A stretch of DNA of 64,000 nucleotides from Mobula hypostoma (Eukaryota): positions 14,508,001 through 14,572,000 of the forward strand of contig NC_086108.1 of the NCBI RefSeq assembly GCF_963921235.1. The letters run 5' to 3'. The notes below the pieces were generated by a model, which had not been told where the DNA came from, searched no databases, and worked only from the letters and a program-made list of their open reading frames with translations. A program made the position numbers and the translations under genes. Positions 24,466 through 38,207 of this stretch are shown piece after piece (within the stretch, counting starts at the first letter, position 1; every line of letters starts with the position of its first letter).

Positions 24466-25064
24466 TAAATTGTAATTTATCTTTTAGATTTGAGTAGTGT
24501 AATGAACTTTCTAGTGAATCAGTTCAGTTTAGAAAGAATGTGGGACTGAGTATAGGGAGAAGTTAAATAGAGAAGGACTTTATTTTTTGTAACATAGGAG
24601 AATGGAGGGTGATCTTACAGAGGTGTATAATATCATGAGAGGCAGAGATAGTGTGAAAGTACACAGGGTTTGGGAATCAATAACTAGAGGGCATTGGTTT
24701 GAGTTAAGAGGGAAGAGATTTAGAATATAGAACATAGAACTGTTAAACACAGAAACAGGTCCCTTGGCCCACAATGTTGTGCCAAACCAATCAAGTTAGT
24801 AATAAAATGGCCAACTAAACTAATCTTTTCTGCTGACTCAATGCCCATATCCTTCTATTTTCCTCACATTCATGTGCCTATTTAAACATCTCATAAAGGT
24901 CTCTAATGTTTCCGCCTCCACCACCACCCCAGGCAGCACATTCCAGGTACCCATCACCCTCTGAGTAAACAACTTGCCCCCCACATCATCTTTGAAATTA
25001 CCCCCTCTTGCCTCACATGCCTCTGGAAAATCCTTCGAAAAAGATTGTTTATCTTTTTGGCAAA

Positions 25065-26436
25065 AGAAAGGAAATTAATGGCCAATTCGCCTAACATCAG
25101 TGGTTGGGAAATTGCTGGAGTCTATTATTAAGGATGAGGTTTCAGGGTACTTGGAGGCGAATGATAAAATAAGTCAAAGTCAGCATTGTTTCTCTAAAGG
25201 GAAATCTTGCCCGACAAATCTGTTAAGAGTCCATCAAGGAAGTAACAAGCAGGGTGGACAAAGGAGAGGCAGTGGATGTCTTTACTTGGATTTTCAGAAG
25301 GCGTTTGGTAAGATGCCACACATGAAGCTGCTTAACAAGCTAAAATCCCATGGCATTACAGGAAAGCTACTGGCATGGATAGCGGAATAGCTGACAGGCA
25401 GGAGGCAGCAAGTGGGAATAAAAGGGGCCTTTTCTGCTTGGCTGCCAGTGACTAGTGGTGTTCCTCAGGGGTCAGTTTCAGGATTGCCACTTTTCACATT
25501 GTTTGTCAGTGATTTGGACAATGGAATCGATGGCTTTGTGGCAAAGTTTGTGGATGATAGGAAGCTAGGTACGGGGATAGGTAGTGCTGAGGAAGCAAAC
25601 CAATTGTAGCAGGACTTAGACAAATTGGAAGGATGGGCAGAAAAGTGGCAGATGGAATACAGTGTTGGGAAATGTATGATGATGCATTTTGGTAAAAGGA
25701 ACAATAGTTGGACTACTATCTAAATGGTGAGAAGGTTCAAACATCAGAGGTGCAGAGGGACTTAGGAGTCCTCGTGCAAGACTCCCAGAAGGTTAACTTG
25801 CAGGTTGAGTCTGTGGTAAAGAAAACAATGTTGGCATTTATTTCAAGGGGAATAGAATATAAAAGCAAGGAAATAATGCTAAGCCTTTATAAGACAATAG
25901 TCAGGCCACACTTAGAGTATTGTCAACAGTTTTGGGCCCCATATCTCAGAAAGGATGTGTTGTCAGGATGCGAATCCAGAAGAGGTTCACGAGAATGATT
26001 TCGGGAATGAAGGGGTTAACATATAAGGAGCTTTTGGCAGCTTTGGGCCTGTACTCACTGGAACTTAGAAGAATGCGGAGGGATCTCATTGAAACCTACC
26101 GAATGTTGAAAGGACCTGATAGAGTGGCGGGGGTATCCAGAACTGGAGGGTGCTGCCTCAAATTTGAACGGCGACCCTCTAGAACAGAGGTAAGGGTGTT
26201 TTTTTAGCCAGAGAGTAGTAAATCTGTGGAATGCTCTGCCACAGTCTGCGACGGAGGCCAAGTCCGTGTATATATTTAAGGCGGAAGTTGATCGTTTCCT
26301 GATCAGTTAGGGCATCAAAGGATATGGCGAGAAGGCAGGTGTATGGGGTTGAGTGGGATCCGGGATCAGCCACGATGGACTGGCGGAGCAGACTTGATGG
26401 GCTGAAAGGCCTAATTCTGCTCCTATGTCTTATGGT
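25065..26436 (+). mobile_element. CR1 LINE 3' half
   Basis: YLDFQKAF, VTSGVPQGSV, KFVDD and VRPHLEYC motifs. Ends CCTATGTCTTATGGTCT. Confidence 0.85.
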
Positions 26437-28260
26437 CTAATCTACTCTATCTATGCCTCTAATAATCTTATAAACCTCTATCAGATCTCCGCTCAGGCTC
26501 TGCCCCTCCAGAGAAAACAACCCAGGTTTGCCCAATGTCTTGTGATAGCACATACCCTCTAATCCAGGCAACATCCTGGAAAACCTTTTCTGCGCCCTGT
26601 TCAAAACCTTAACATCTTTCCTGTAATGGGGGTGACCACACAATACTCCAGATGTGACCTAACTGGAATTTTATAAAGCTGCAACATAACTTCCTGACTT
26701 TTGAATTCTGTGCCTCAACTAATAAAGGCAAACATGCTACGTATCTGCCTTCTTAACCACCCTATCATCCTGTGCAGCTGCTTTTAGGGAGCTATAAATT
26801 TGGACCCCAAGATCCCGCTGCTCCTCAGTATTGCTTGTAACAGTGTACTATCTCTGCATTTGACCTACACCCTGAAGTACAAGACTTCACATTTGGCCGG
26901 GTTAAACTCCATCTGCAATTTCTCTACCCGTATCTGCAACTGATTTATGTCCGGTTATATTCCTTGCCAGTCTTCTATGCTATCCACAACACCACCAATC
27001 TTTGTGTCATCCGCAAAATAACCGACTCACTCATCTACAGAAGGTCTTAGTTTATATTATGGAAGTTGAAGTCCCCCATGATAACAACCCTATTATTTTT
27101 ACACCTTTCCTTAATATGCCTCAATGTCCCAGTGGCTATTCGGAGGCCTGTCGTATAATCCCAACAGAGTGATTGCATCCTTCCTTTCTTTGAGATCCAG
27201 CCATACAGACTCAGTGGACAAGCCCTCCATTCTGTTCCCCCAAGTGCAGCTGTGAAATTGTCCCTGATTAGTAATATAACTCCACTCCCCTCTTTTACCT
27301 CCCTCTCTAACATTGAAACCCGGAGACATTAAGCACTCATTCATGCCCCTCTCTCAGCCAAGTCTCTATAATGGGCACAACATTACAGTTCTGTGTTACT
27401 GATCCAAGCTCTAAGTTCATCACCTTTACCCATGATACTGCTAGCATTAAAATATACACAATTCAAACAAGCTGTCACATCCAAGAACCTGAAACTCTAT
27501 TCCTGTACCAGTTCTTCAACCACTCATTCATCTGAACTATCATCCTATTCCTGCCCTGACTAGTATTGTGGCACTGGGACTAATCCAGAGATTACTGTCC
27601 TGGATGCCATGCTCTCCAATCTTCCCTAATTCCTTATGTTCACTGTGCAAGACTTCTGCCACCTTTCTACCCATGTGATTGGTGCCAATGTGCACCACAA
27701 CCTCTGGCTGCTCACCCTCCCTCCTGAGAATAATGTGCAGTTGCTCTGAGACATCCTTGACTCTAGCACCTGGGAGGCAACACACCATCCTGACATCTCT
27801 TCCACAGCCTCAGAATCTCCTGTCCATCCCCCTAACTGTTGAGTGTCCAATCACTATCGCACTACCTGACTCTACCCTTCCCTGCTGAGGCTTCGAGCTG
27901 GCCACAGTGCCATTGGCCTGGCTGCTGCTGCTGCTGTGCCCTGATAGGACAAGCCCCAGCAGAATCCATATGGAAGGGGAATGGCCACGGTGGGGGGGGG
28001 GGGGGGAGGGGTACCCTGCACTAACTGCTTACTGCCTTACTTCTCCTGATAGTCACCCATCTACTATCTAAAACCTTTATCACCTCAGTAAATGTCTCAT
28101 TCATGGATGGTCCTGAGTGCATCCAGCTCCAGCTCCAGTTCCTTGGCTTTGCCAGTCAGGAGCTGAAGTGGGGTGCACCTCCTGCAGATGTGGACACTGG
28201 CACCCCGCATTCCCACATCTTGCAGGAGGAACATTCCATTGCCTTAACTGCCATCCTGCC
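26437..28260 (-). mobile_element. Decayed CR1 (ORF1 esterase, endonuclease and RT remnants)
   Basis: VCCLPGARVKDV...VVVHIGTN, VVIMGDFN and KRFSRMLPGL motifs. Confidence 0.8.
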
Positions 28261-29304
28261 TACATGTTATACCTTTGGCTCCGACTTCTTAAGGTTAAGT
28301 TGTACAATTAATTAAATGAGTCTAAATGAATCAGTACCCTTAGCTTTTGCCTGTTCTCACCAAAGATGTTGAGCAAAAGCCTGACTTGAAACCCTGGCCC
28401 AGTCACACAATGGTAGCTCTGATTTTTATTACCCCCTGCTACGTTATTGATAACCTTGTCAATCCCTCTTCTGGCAAACAACTCCCAGCAAGCCCCAGTC
28501 GCTTTTTAAACTTGGCGCGTAAATTCCACAAGGAACTGTCTCCAACTCCCTCTGTAATCTCCCGCTTGGCAGACAAGTCCTGGCAGGCCCTGTTTTTTTA
28601 AACCTGGTGCGTGAAGTCCACAAGGAACTGTCTTCAACTCTTTCTGCGATCTCCTGCTCCACAGTTTAATAGGAACTTGAGGGGCATCCGTTTCACCCAG
28701 AGGAATGAACCACCAGAGTAAGTAGTTGATGTGAACAGCATTTTAAAGGCATTTGAACAGGAAGGGTCAAACATGGGCAAGCTCGTTCACAGGCATAAAC
28801 ATCCTTGTTCTTTTCCTGTCCTTTCATCCAACATTGCTTTTATTCCAGGTGTACTGTGTTAACTCTGTCTAGTATTAGAACTTGTCAGTCCTCTGTTCAA
28901 CTGTTTGATCACACTGGTTTCAGATCTTTGTAAGAAGTCTGCTATCAGACACAACCATACCATGACGGAGCTTTTGCACTAATGCTGTTACTTATCTAAA
29001 TCTGCAGGCTGGTCTACATCCCCATCTCTCTCTTAGCCTATTTCTTGTCTGTTCCCTCATGGGTGTCTCATCCTGTCTCCCAGCTTGTATTCCATTCTAT
29101 ATCCCAATCTGTCCATCATGCTGGCTTGTAGTCTGTATCCCCGTCCGTCTCTGACAGATTGCAGCCTGCATCCCAATATTTTCCTGCACCCTCGTCCATA
29201 TTCCGTCTATGTCTCAGCCAGTGTCCCAGAGTATACCAAGTCCTTCTACCATTGTCTCTCCTAACCTCTGGTTTCCACCTCTAATTCATTCCTTTGCTCG
29301 GCAG

Positions 29305-29417
29305 GTTATTATCGGCAGTATATTTGACGTGGTGTGGACGATAATTCGGCCAGAAACATCTTTTGGCATCAGCGTTCTCCGTGCACTGAGATTACTCCGA
29401 ATTTTCAAAATCACAAA
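29305..29417 (+). CDS. CACNA1E: Cav2.3-like exon (IIS3-IIS4 voltage sensor)
   Basis: ggcAG acceptor and GTAAGT donor. Encodes [37 protein letters not shown](K), with the S4 R/K-x-x periodicity. 113 bp. Confidence 0.95.
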
Positions 29418-30264
29418 GTAAGTGGAAGTTAGACTAGGGACTTTTATGTCAGATTTCTGACACTGGGACCATCTCCTTGTGTGTTCCCACACCCTGCGGC
29501 TGACTGGAATATATAATGGGGGAGAAAGAATGGCAGGCAAATTGGGCAGATACTTTGGTCTGTCCTCATGGAAGAAAACAAAAAATATTGCCAGAGACAC
29601 TGTATAAGGGAACAAAGATCTAGTAAGGATGAGGAAACTGAAGTAAATATTCAATGAAACAATTGAAAAGTCAGTTGCAATTGAAATCAAGTTTATTGTC
29701 ATGTGCAGAATTATAGTAAGATACAGGTTCAATGAAAAGCTTGCTGTGGTATCACAGGCAATTAATTGCAGGCACACACAGAACTTAAATTATACAATAC
29801 AGTGAAAAGGGAAAAACTAAAAGACTGCAAAAAAGTAAGATATCAATGCAAAAAAAAAAACACATTCAGAGACAAACCCCGCAGTGTTAAGTAAGATTAG
29901 GGTTGTGCAGGGTACAGGAAGAACCTGATGGTTGCAGGAAGGCAGATGAAGGTGTGGGACTCAAGACTCCTATACCTCCTGCCTGATAGCAGCTGGAGAG
30001 GGTATGATCCATGATGATAGACATCTTGAGCCAGCCTTGTCTGTAAATGCTGTCAGTGGTGGGAGGCTGTGCCCATGATCACCCTGACTGTGTCCATTAC
30101 GCTCTGCAGCCTCTTGCTTTCCTGTGCATTGGAATTGCGATTCCAGGCCATGATGCAGCCAGTCAGGGTATTTTCAACAATGCACAAGTTTGTGAGAGTA
30201 TCTGGTGATATGCCAAATCTCCTTACACTTCCCAGAAAGCAGAGGTACTGGTATGCCTTCTTTG

Positions 30265-30364
30265 ACGAAGTCCTGACGAAGGGTCTCGGCCTGAAACGTC
30301 GACTGTGCTTCTTCCTATCAATGCTGCCTGGACTGCTGCATTCCACCAGCATTTTGTGTGTGAC
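30265..30364 (+). mobile_element. Penelope-like mini-insertion inside a Rex1-like fragment
   Basis: 10-bp TSD GCCTTCTTTG at 30255-64 and 30365-74. Confidence 0.85.
30269..30304 (+). ncRNA. Minimal type I hammerhead ribozyme motif
   Basis: AGTCCTGACGAAGGGTCTCGGCCTGAAACGTCGACT, identical to 15897-15932. Confidence 0.8.
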
Positions 30365-31377
30365 GCCTTCTTTGTGCTGTGTGTAGTTAGGTCATCTAAG
30401 CCATTTATGCCATGAATTTAAAGCTGGTATCCCTCTTCTTCTCTGACCCTCCAATGGAAACTGGTACAGGGTCTTCCAACTTCATGTTCTGAAGTCAGTG
30501 ATTAGTTCCCTGCACTGAAAGCAAATAAATGACAAGGATCTAGTCATCTTTCTCCCAGAGTTTTGAAGGAAGTAACAATGGAGATAGTGAATGCTATGAA
30601 TATCATCGAGAATTCTATCAGTTTTAATTGTTACTGTGGGTTGGAGGACAGCAAGTGTAATTCCACTATATAAGGATAGTGAAAACAGAAATTTGGCAAC
30701 TGTTGGCATAACATCATTGGCAGGGAAGGTGCTGGAGCTTGTGATAAGGATTGCAACTCCAGAACAAGCTGCAAAGAATAATAGGATTTTGCAATGACAG
30801 CATGGATTTATGGAAGCAAAACACACTAGGAAATGCCTCAAATGGGCTGTGTCTGTGGAAGGAGAAATGGAGTTAACTTCCAATTGAAACGCCCTTTGCT
30901 AGAAGGGTAGGCAACACAAGAAACTTACTCAGATGCAAGCAGGGTGGGGGAGGGTAACAACTCTGATAGAGTGAAACTAAGATACCAACAGAGACAAAAC
31001 AATGTGGAGGTTGTGAAATGCAGAGCAATAAAACATGCCCAACTGGTCAGCATGGGAATGTCTCGGGAATAAAGGGAAAAAGAGGGATTAAAGACCAAAC
31101 AAGCTAAGCTAATGTCACAGATGATTGACAGATACAGACTAATTATATTACCTGAAGTTGTAGAGCTCAACATGAAATCAAACTGTTTTACTGATCTTCT
31201 GGGTGGTTTGAGGATGCAACTCATAGAATAGGTAGAGAAGAACTGGGGATATGATGCATTGGAAATTTCAGAAAAGGTCCTGCACAAGTGGTTGGTTAAC
31301 AAGTTTAGAACACATGCAGTCTGGGGTAAAATACTGTGGATAGAGCATTAGTTAATGAGAAAACAAAGAGTAAGACT

Positions 31378-31592
31378 CAAACAACAGGAATTCTGCAGAT
31401 GCTGGAAATTCAAGCAACATACATCAAAGTTGCTGGTGAACGCAGCAGGCCAAGCAGCATCTCTAGGAAGAGGTGCAGTCGACGTTTCAGGCCGAGACCC
31501 TTCGTCCTCTCGGCCTGAAGCGTTGACTGCACCTCTTCCTAGAGATGCTGCTTGGTCTGCTGCATTCACCAGCAACTTTGATGTATGTTGCT
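31378..31592. mobile_element. Short palindromic Penelope-like insertion
   Basis: Inverted arms of about 85 bp that turn around inside the hammerhead motif. 14-bp TSD CAAAGAGTAAGACT at 31364-77 and 31593-606. Confidence 0.9.
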
Positions 31593-31847
31593 CAAAGAGT
31601 AAGACTAATCAGAATTGGTGCCAGATAATCACAATCTGTAGCAGCGACTTGTCATGATCCTGAGTTTGATGATGATACTAAATGAAGAGGGAGTGTGAGT
31701 AGGGAAGAGATGTAAAGGGACTTCAATAAGATACGGACAGGCTGAATGCATGCATAACAACACGACAAGTAATATGTAACGTCAACAACTGAGAAGTGCA
31801 TTAATCAGAAAAGAAGTGTCACAAAAGTAACAGCTCATCATTCAATA

Positions 31848-32323
31848 CACAGACTGTAGCTCGATCCTCACTGGACCCACAGACGGTAGCTCGATCCTCA
31901 CTGGACTCACAGACAGTAGCTCGATCCTCACCGGATCCACGGACCGTAGCTTGATCCTCACTGGACCCACGGACCGTAGCTTGATCCTCACTGGACCCAC
32001 GGACCGTAGCTCGATCCTCACTGGACCCACAGACCGTAGCTCAATCCTCACTGGACCCACGGACCGTAGCTCGGTCCTCGCTGGACCCACAGACTGTTGT
32101 TCGATCCTCACTGGACTCACAGACGGTAGCTCGATCCTCACTGGACCCACAGACGGTAGCTCGATCCTCACTGGACCCACAGACGGTAGCTCGATCCTCA
32201 CTGGACCCACGGACCGTAGCTCGATCCTCACTGGACCCACGGACCGTAGCTCGATCCTCACTGGACACGCAGACCGTAGCTCGATCCTCACTGGACCCAT
32301 AGACTGTAGCTCGATCCTCACTG
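31848..32323. repeat. 30-bp minisatellite, ~16 copies
   Basis: Unit CAC(A/G)GAC(C/G)GTAGCTCGATCCTCACTGGACC, arranged head-to-tail with no spacers. Confidence 0.95.
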
Positions 32324-33403
32324 AATCCTGCACAATAAAACCAGTTCTTCACTAATTTTCCCCAGAAGTCCGAGCACTTAGTTCATTTCCGTGTCCTGAC
32401 ACCTGCCCTTCATTAACTGCTACAAATAGAGACCTGTTCCTCTTTGACTCCAGCACACACTGGGACCAGCATCTCAGTTCCTCCATGTTGGTGCTAGCAT
32501 AATCCATCCACCAGTCGAATAACATAGTGTCAGGCTCTTCCTTGGTTCTCTTGGGAGAGAAGCAGCACTGGTTCTTCTACTAGACCTTCACTGGTAAAAA
32601 CACAGAGTCACCAGGTACTCACTGGCACATTGATACCAGTATGTCATTAGGACCCACATTGACACCAACGTGTCACTGGCCCTCGCACTGTACATTGGCA
32701 CAGGGGTCTTAAAGGTATTCCTACAGGGAATAAAGCTGCTCACTACATCTAGCACAGAGGGACGGGCACCCCCCTCGATTCTCCACACTGGAACAAGCTG
32801 ATTTCTAAACAAAGGAATTTGCTCTTCCATGGTTCCCACAAACTGGGGCAAACTCCACACCGGTTCCTTCACATCCTCTTTGCTGGTGCGCTGTAGCCTG
32901 TACCTCCCTGGCCTCGGCTCCTCACTACTTCCCACTTCTACTATGACCTCTGTCTCTGTCCTTCTACACTGTAAACAAATCATCTTCCAGCTGGGCAACT
33001 TGTAGCCGTTTGAACTCCGGAATGAAATCAATAATTTTAGATGATCAGCTTTTCCAGTTAGAATCAAAACCAAAACCAAAACTGACCATTAACCTTAACT
33101 ATGTTTATTCCTTTTCACAGATGCTATCTGATCTGCTGTCTCTTTGGAATTCTCTTTTATTTCAGATTTCCAGAAACTGCATTGTTCTTAAAGAGTTGTG
33201 GAGTATTACAGCCCCTTTAGACCAGCTTGTCTGTGCTGACTGTGATGCCCACCAAGCTGATAACATTTGCCTGTATTTGGCCCATATTCCTCCAAATAAT
33301 TCCTGTGCACGTACCTATCCAAGTGTTTAAAATGTTGTTATTGTACTTGGGCAACCACTTCCTCTGGCAGCTCATTACACGTACAGTACCTACCACTGTT
33401 TGC

Positions 33404-36000
33404 ATAGAACATAGAATAGTACAGCACAAGAACAGGCCATTCAGCCCACAGTGTTGTGCTGAACCAGCTAAAAAGCGAATCAAAAACATCCAAACACTAA
33501 TCCCTCCTACCTACTCCATGTCCATGTCCCTCCGTCTTCTCACATTCACGTGCCTATCCAAACACAACTTAAAAGCCTCTAATGTATTTGCTTCAACTGG
33601 CATATTAGGCAGTGTATTCCAGGCATCTACGTCTCTCTGAGTAAAAGTTTTACCTGACACAGCTCCTTTGAAAATGCCCCCTCTCACCTTCAATGTATGC
33701 CCCTTGGTATCAGATATTCAATCCTGGGAAAAAGATACTGTCTGTCCACTCTATCTATGCCTCTCATAATCTTGTAAACCTTTCAGATTTCCCCTTAGCC
33801 TCTGACGCTCCAGAGAAAACAACCCAAAGTTTATCAGCCTCTTTGATAGCACATGCCCTCTAAACCAGGCAGCATCCTGGTAAACCTCTTCTGCACCTTC
33901 TCCAAAGCCTCAACATCCTTCCTATAATGGGGTGACCAGAGCTGTATCCAATACTCCAGATGTGGCCTAACCAGAGTTTTAAAAGTTGCATCATAACCTC
34001 TTGACTTTATCTCAATGCCTCAACTAATAAAAGCAAGCATTCTAAACACTCTAATGTATTTATACTCTCAGCACTGATCTCCTGGTTCTCATTAAGTACC
34101 TCACTCACATTCTCCACTTCCAAGAAAATGTTCCCCTCTTTATCTTTGAATGGGCTTAGCTTCTCTCTAGTTATCCTCTTACTCTTGATATAGAATGCCT
34201 TGGGATTCACCCTAATCCTACTTGCCAAGGACTATTCATGGCCCCTCCTGGCTTCCCTAACTCCCTTCTTGAATTCTTTTCTGGCTTCTTTATAATCCTC
34301 ATGTGCTCAGTTTCATCCTTCCTTCTAAAGCTTTACATACTGTAGTTTTTCTTTTTCTTCTTGACTAAATTCATAACTTCTCTTAACTTTCCACCCCCTT
34401 CCTTCCTTCTCACAGGAACATACCTTTCCTGTGCTCTGTGCAATTGATTTTTTAAACACCCTCCATTTGTCTAATGTGGACTTGCCAGAGAAAAGGTGTC
34501 CCCAATTATCTCTTCTTAGTTCCTACTTAATGCCCTTGTAATTTGCTCTACTCCAAATTAAAATTCTCTCACAAAGACCTTACCTATCCTTTTCTGTAGC
34601 TATCCTGAAAGTTAAGAAGTTGTGGTCACTTTTCCGGAACCATTCACCCACTGAAAGGTCAGTTACCTGGCCAGGCTCATTACCCAACACCAGGTCCAGT
34701 GCAGGCCCTTCTCTCATTGGACCATCCTCATATTGATTTAAGAAACTTTCCTGGATACACATAACAAATTCTGCCCCATTTAAACCCTTTGGAATAAGAA
34801 GGTTCCAGTTTATATTAGGGAAGATGAAATTCGCCATGACAACAACCCAATTATGTTTAGGCATTTCCTTAATCTGATTACATATCTATTCCTCATTAAC
34901 CTGGTGGCTGTAGAGGTCTATAGTACAATCCCATCAGTGTGATTGCACCCTTCCTATTCCCGAGTTCTACCCAAATAGACTCAGTGTCTGACCCCTTTGT
35001 TATGCCTTCCCTGAGTACAGCTGATTAGTAGTGTAACTCCCAACCCTCCTTTTACCTCCTCTATCTTTTCTGAAACTTTGAAAACCTGATACATTAATCA
35101 CCCATTCCTGCCCCTCTCTCAACCAAGTCTCTGTAATGGCTACAACATCGTAGTTCCATGTATTGATCCATGCTTTAAGCTCATCACCTTTACCCATAAT
35201 ACTCCTAGTATTAAAATATTCACACTTTAAGTTATATGACCCAACATCCCTGTTATTTTGATTTTGTCATTCAATACTTCCCCTGATATCTATCTTCTGG
35301 TCCAATCCTTCCCTTACTGACCTGGGGCACTGGTTCCCAGCCCCTGCAAAACTAGTTCAAACTTTCCCAAGAAGCATTAGCAAACCTCCCGGTGAGAAAG
35401 TTGATTCCCCTCCTGTTCAGGTGCAACCTGTCCACCTTGCACAGATCATTGTTTTCCCAAAAGAGGTTCCAATGATCAAAGAACTTGAAACCCTGTCCCC
35501 TGCGCCATCTTCTCAGCCACTCATTCACCCCATTCCTAACTGCACTAGCCATGCTATAGGGAGTAATACCTTGGAAGTCCTGTTTCCTAACTCTATACAC
35601 TCACTGTGTAGGACCTCTTCCCCTTTTCTGCTTATGTCGCTGGTACCAATATGCACTACAACCCTGTTCCCCCTTCCCCTTGAGAATATCCTGCATCTGC
35701 TCTGATACATCATGGACCCTGGCACATGGGAGGCAACACACCATCCTGGTGTCTCTTTTGCAGTAACAGAATCTCCTATCTGTCCCCGTACTCTGGGTGT
35801 GCCCACCTCTTCAAAAGTTTCATCTATAATATCTTCAGCCTCCTGAATGATCCTGAGTACATCAAACTCCAGCTCCAACTCCTTGACCTGGTCAGTCTGG
35901 TGCTGATGCTGAGCGCACTTCCCACAGATGTAGTAATCTGAGAAACCAGCAGATATCCTGAATTCCCAAATCTGACAGGAGGAGCATTCCATCCTGATTA
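33404..36000 (-). mobile_element. Decayed, internally deleted CR1 (ORF1 to tail)
   Basis: CSSC...CGKC zinc finger, VVVHIGTSD, HWN.FW..LHLN, YDVVAITETWL and LDLVLGNEPGQV motifs. Tail reads ATAGAACATAGAA on the + strand. Confidence 0.85.
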
Positions 36001-38207
36001 CTCCATACCAAAAAAAGAAAAAGGCTTGCCTCTTCTTAAGTGTGCCTTTGCCTGTTTTCACCAAAGTCTGTCAAGCCAAAGCCTCCCCACTCTATCACTG
36101 GCCCACTCCAACAATGTCCGCTCCACTCGAGCTTACTTTCCCTTTATTTGCAGCTGAGTTTAGGTCTTTGACACCAACACTTCCCACACCTGCACAGCCC
36201 AAAAATAGTCCTTGCCTGAATCTGCTCCTTTTATACTCTCTCTCCCAACTTCCACAGGGCTCTGACTCTGACATTCACATTCCCTACACCTGAGCTGGCA
36301 AAAAAAGACTGGATTTTTACAAGTCTGCTATTTTTATATTCACGCTCCAAATTTCAGTAAGCCTCTGACACTGACACTTAACCACACCAGCGCAGGCCAA
36401 ATAGACCAGCTTTAACTTAGAAACGTAGAAAATAGGTGCAGGAGTAGGCCATTTGGCCCTTCGAGCCTGCACCGCCATTCAGTATGATCATGGCCGATCA
36501 TCCAACTCAGAACCCTGTACCTGCCTTCTCTTCATACCCCATGATCCCTTTAGCCACAAGGGCCATATCTAACTTCCTCTTAAATATAGCCAACGAACTG
36601 GCCTCAACTGTTTCCTGTGGCAGAGAATTCCACAGATTCACCACTCTCCGTGTGAAAAAGTTTTTCCTCATCTCGGTCCTAAAAGGCTTCCCCTTTATCC
36701 TTAAACTGTGACCCCTCGTTCTGGACTTCCCCAACATCGGGAACAATCTTCCTGCATCTAGCCTGTCCAATCCTTTTAGGATTTTATACGTTTCAATAAG
36801 ATCCCCCCCTCAATCTTCTAAATTCCAGCGAGTGTAAGCCTAGTCAATCCAGTCCTTCATCATATGAAAGTCCTGCCATCCCAGGAATCAATCTGGTGAA
36901 CCTTCTTTGTACTCCCTCTATGGCAAGGATGTCTTTCCTCAGATTAGGGGACCAAAACTGCACACAATACTCCAGGTGTGGTCTCACCAAGGCATTGTAT
37001 AATTGCAGTAGTACCTCCCTGCTCCTGTACTCGAATCCTCTTGCTATGAATGCCAGCATACCATTCGCCTTTTCACCGCCTGCTGTACCTGCATGCCCAC
37101 TTTCAATGACTGGTGTATAATGACACCCAGGTCTCGTTGCACCTCCCCTTTTCCTAATCGGCCACCATTCAGATAATAATCTGTTTTCCTGTTTTTGCCA
37201 CCAAAGTGGATACCCTCACATTTATCCACATTAATTTGCATCTGCTGTGAACTTGCCCACTCAGCTAACCTATCCAAGTCACCCTGCATCCTCTTAGCAT
37301 CCTCCTCACAGCTAACACTGCCGCCCAGCTTTGTGTCATTCACAAACTTGGAGATGCTGCATTTAATTCCCTCATCTAAGTCATTAATATATATTGTGAA
37401 CAACTGGGGTCCCAGCACTGAGCCTTGCGGTACCCCACTAGTCACTGCCTGCCATTCTGAAAAGGTCTCGTTTATTCCCACTCTTTGCTTCCTGTCTGCC
37501 AACCAATTCTCTATCCACATCAATACCATACCCCCAATATCGTGTGCTTTAAGTTTGCACACTAATCTCCTGTGTGGGACCTTGTCAAAAGCCTTTTGAA
37601 AATCCAAATATACCACATCCACTGGTTCTCCCCTATCCACTCTACGTTACATCCTCAAAAAATTCTATGTGATTCATCAGACATGATTTTCATTTCACAA
37701 ATCCATGCTGACTTTGTCCGATGATTTCACCGCTTTCCAAATGTGCTGTTATCACATCTTCCCCACCACCGATGTTAGGCTAACCGGTCTATAATTCCCT
37801 GGTTTCTCTCTCCTTCCTTTTTTAAAAAGCAGGGTTACATTAGCCACCCTCCAATCCTCAGGAACTAGTCCAGAATCTAAAGCGTTTTGAAAAATTATCA
37901 CTAATCCATCCACAATTTCTTGGGCTCCTTCCTTAAGCACTGTGGGATGCAGACCATCTGACCCTGGGGACTTATCTGCCTTTAATCCCTTCAATTTACC
38001 TAACACCACTTCCCTACTAATATGTATTTCCCTCAGTTCCTCCATCTCACTGGACCCTCTGTCCCCTACTATTTCCAGAAGATTACTTATGTTCTCCTTA
38101 GCAAAGACACAACCAAAGTAGTTATTCAATTGGTCTGCCATGTTCTTGTTCCCCATGATCAATTCACCTGTTTCTGACTGTAAGGGACCTATATTTGTCT
38201 TAACCAA

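Noticed and set aside
31848..32323. CRISPR-like array or repetitive protein ORFs (31842..32333, 31951..32355)
   Set aside because: The units are contiguous with no unique spacers, the context is eukaryotic, and the ORFs arise from a stop-free 30-bp unit.
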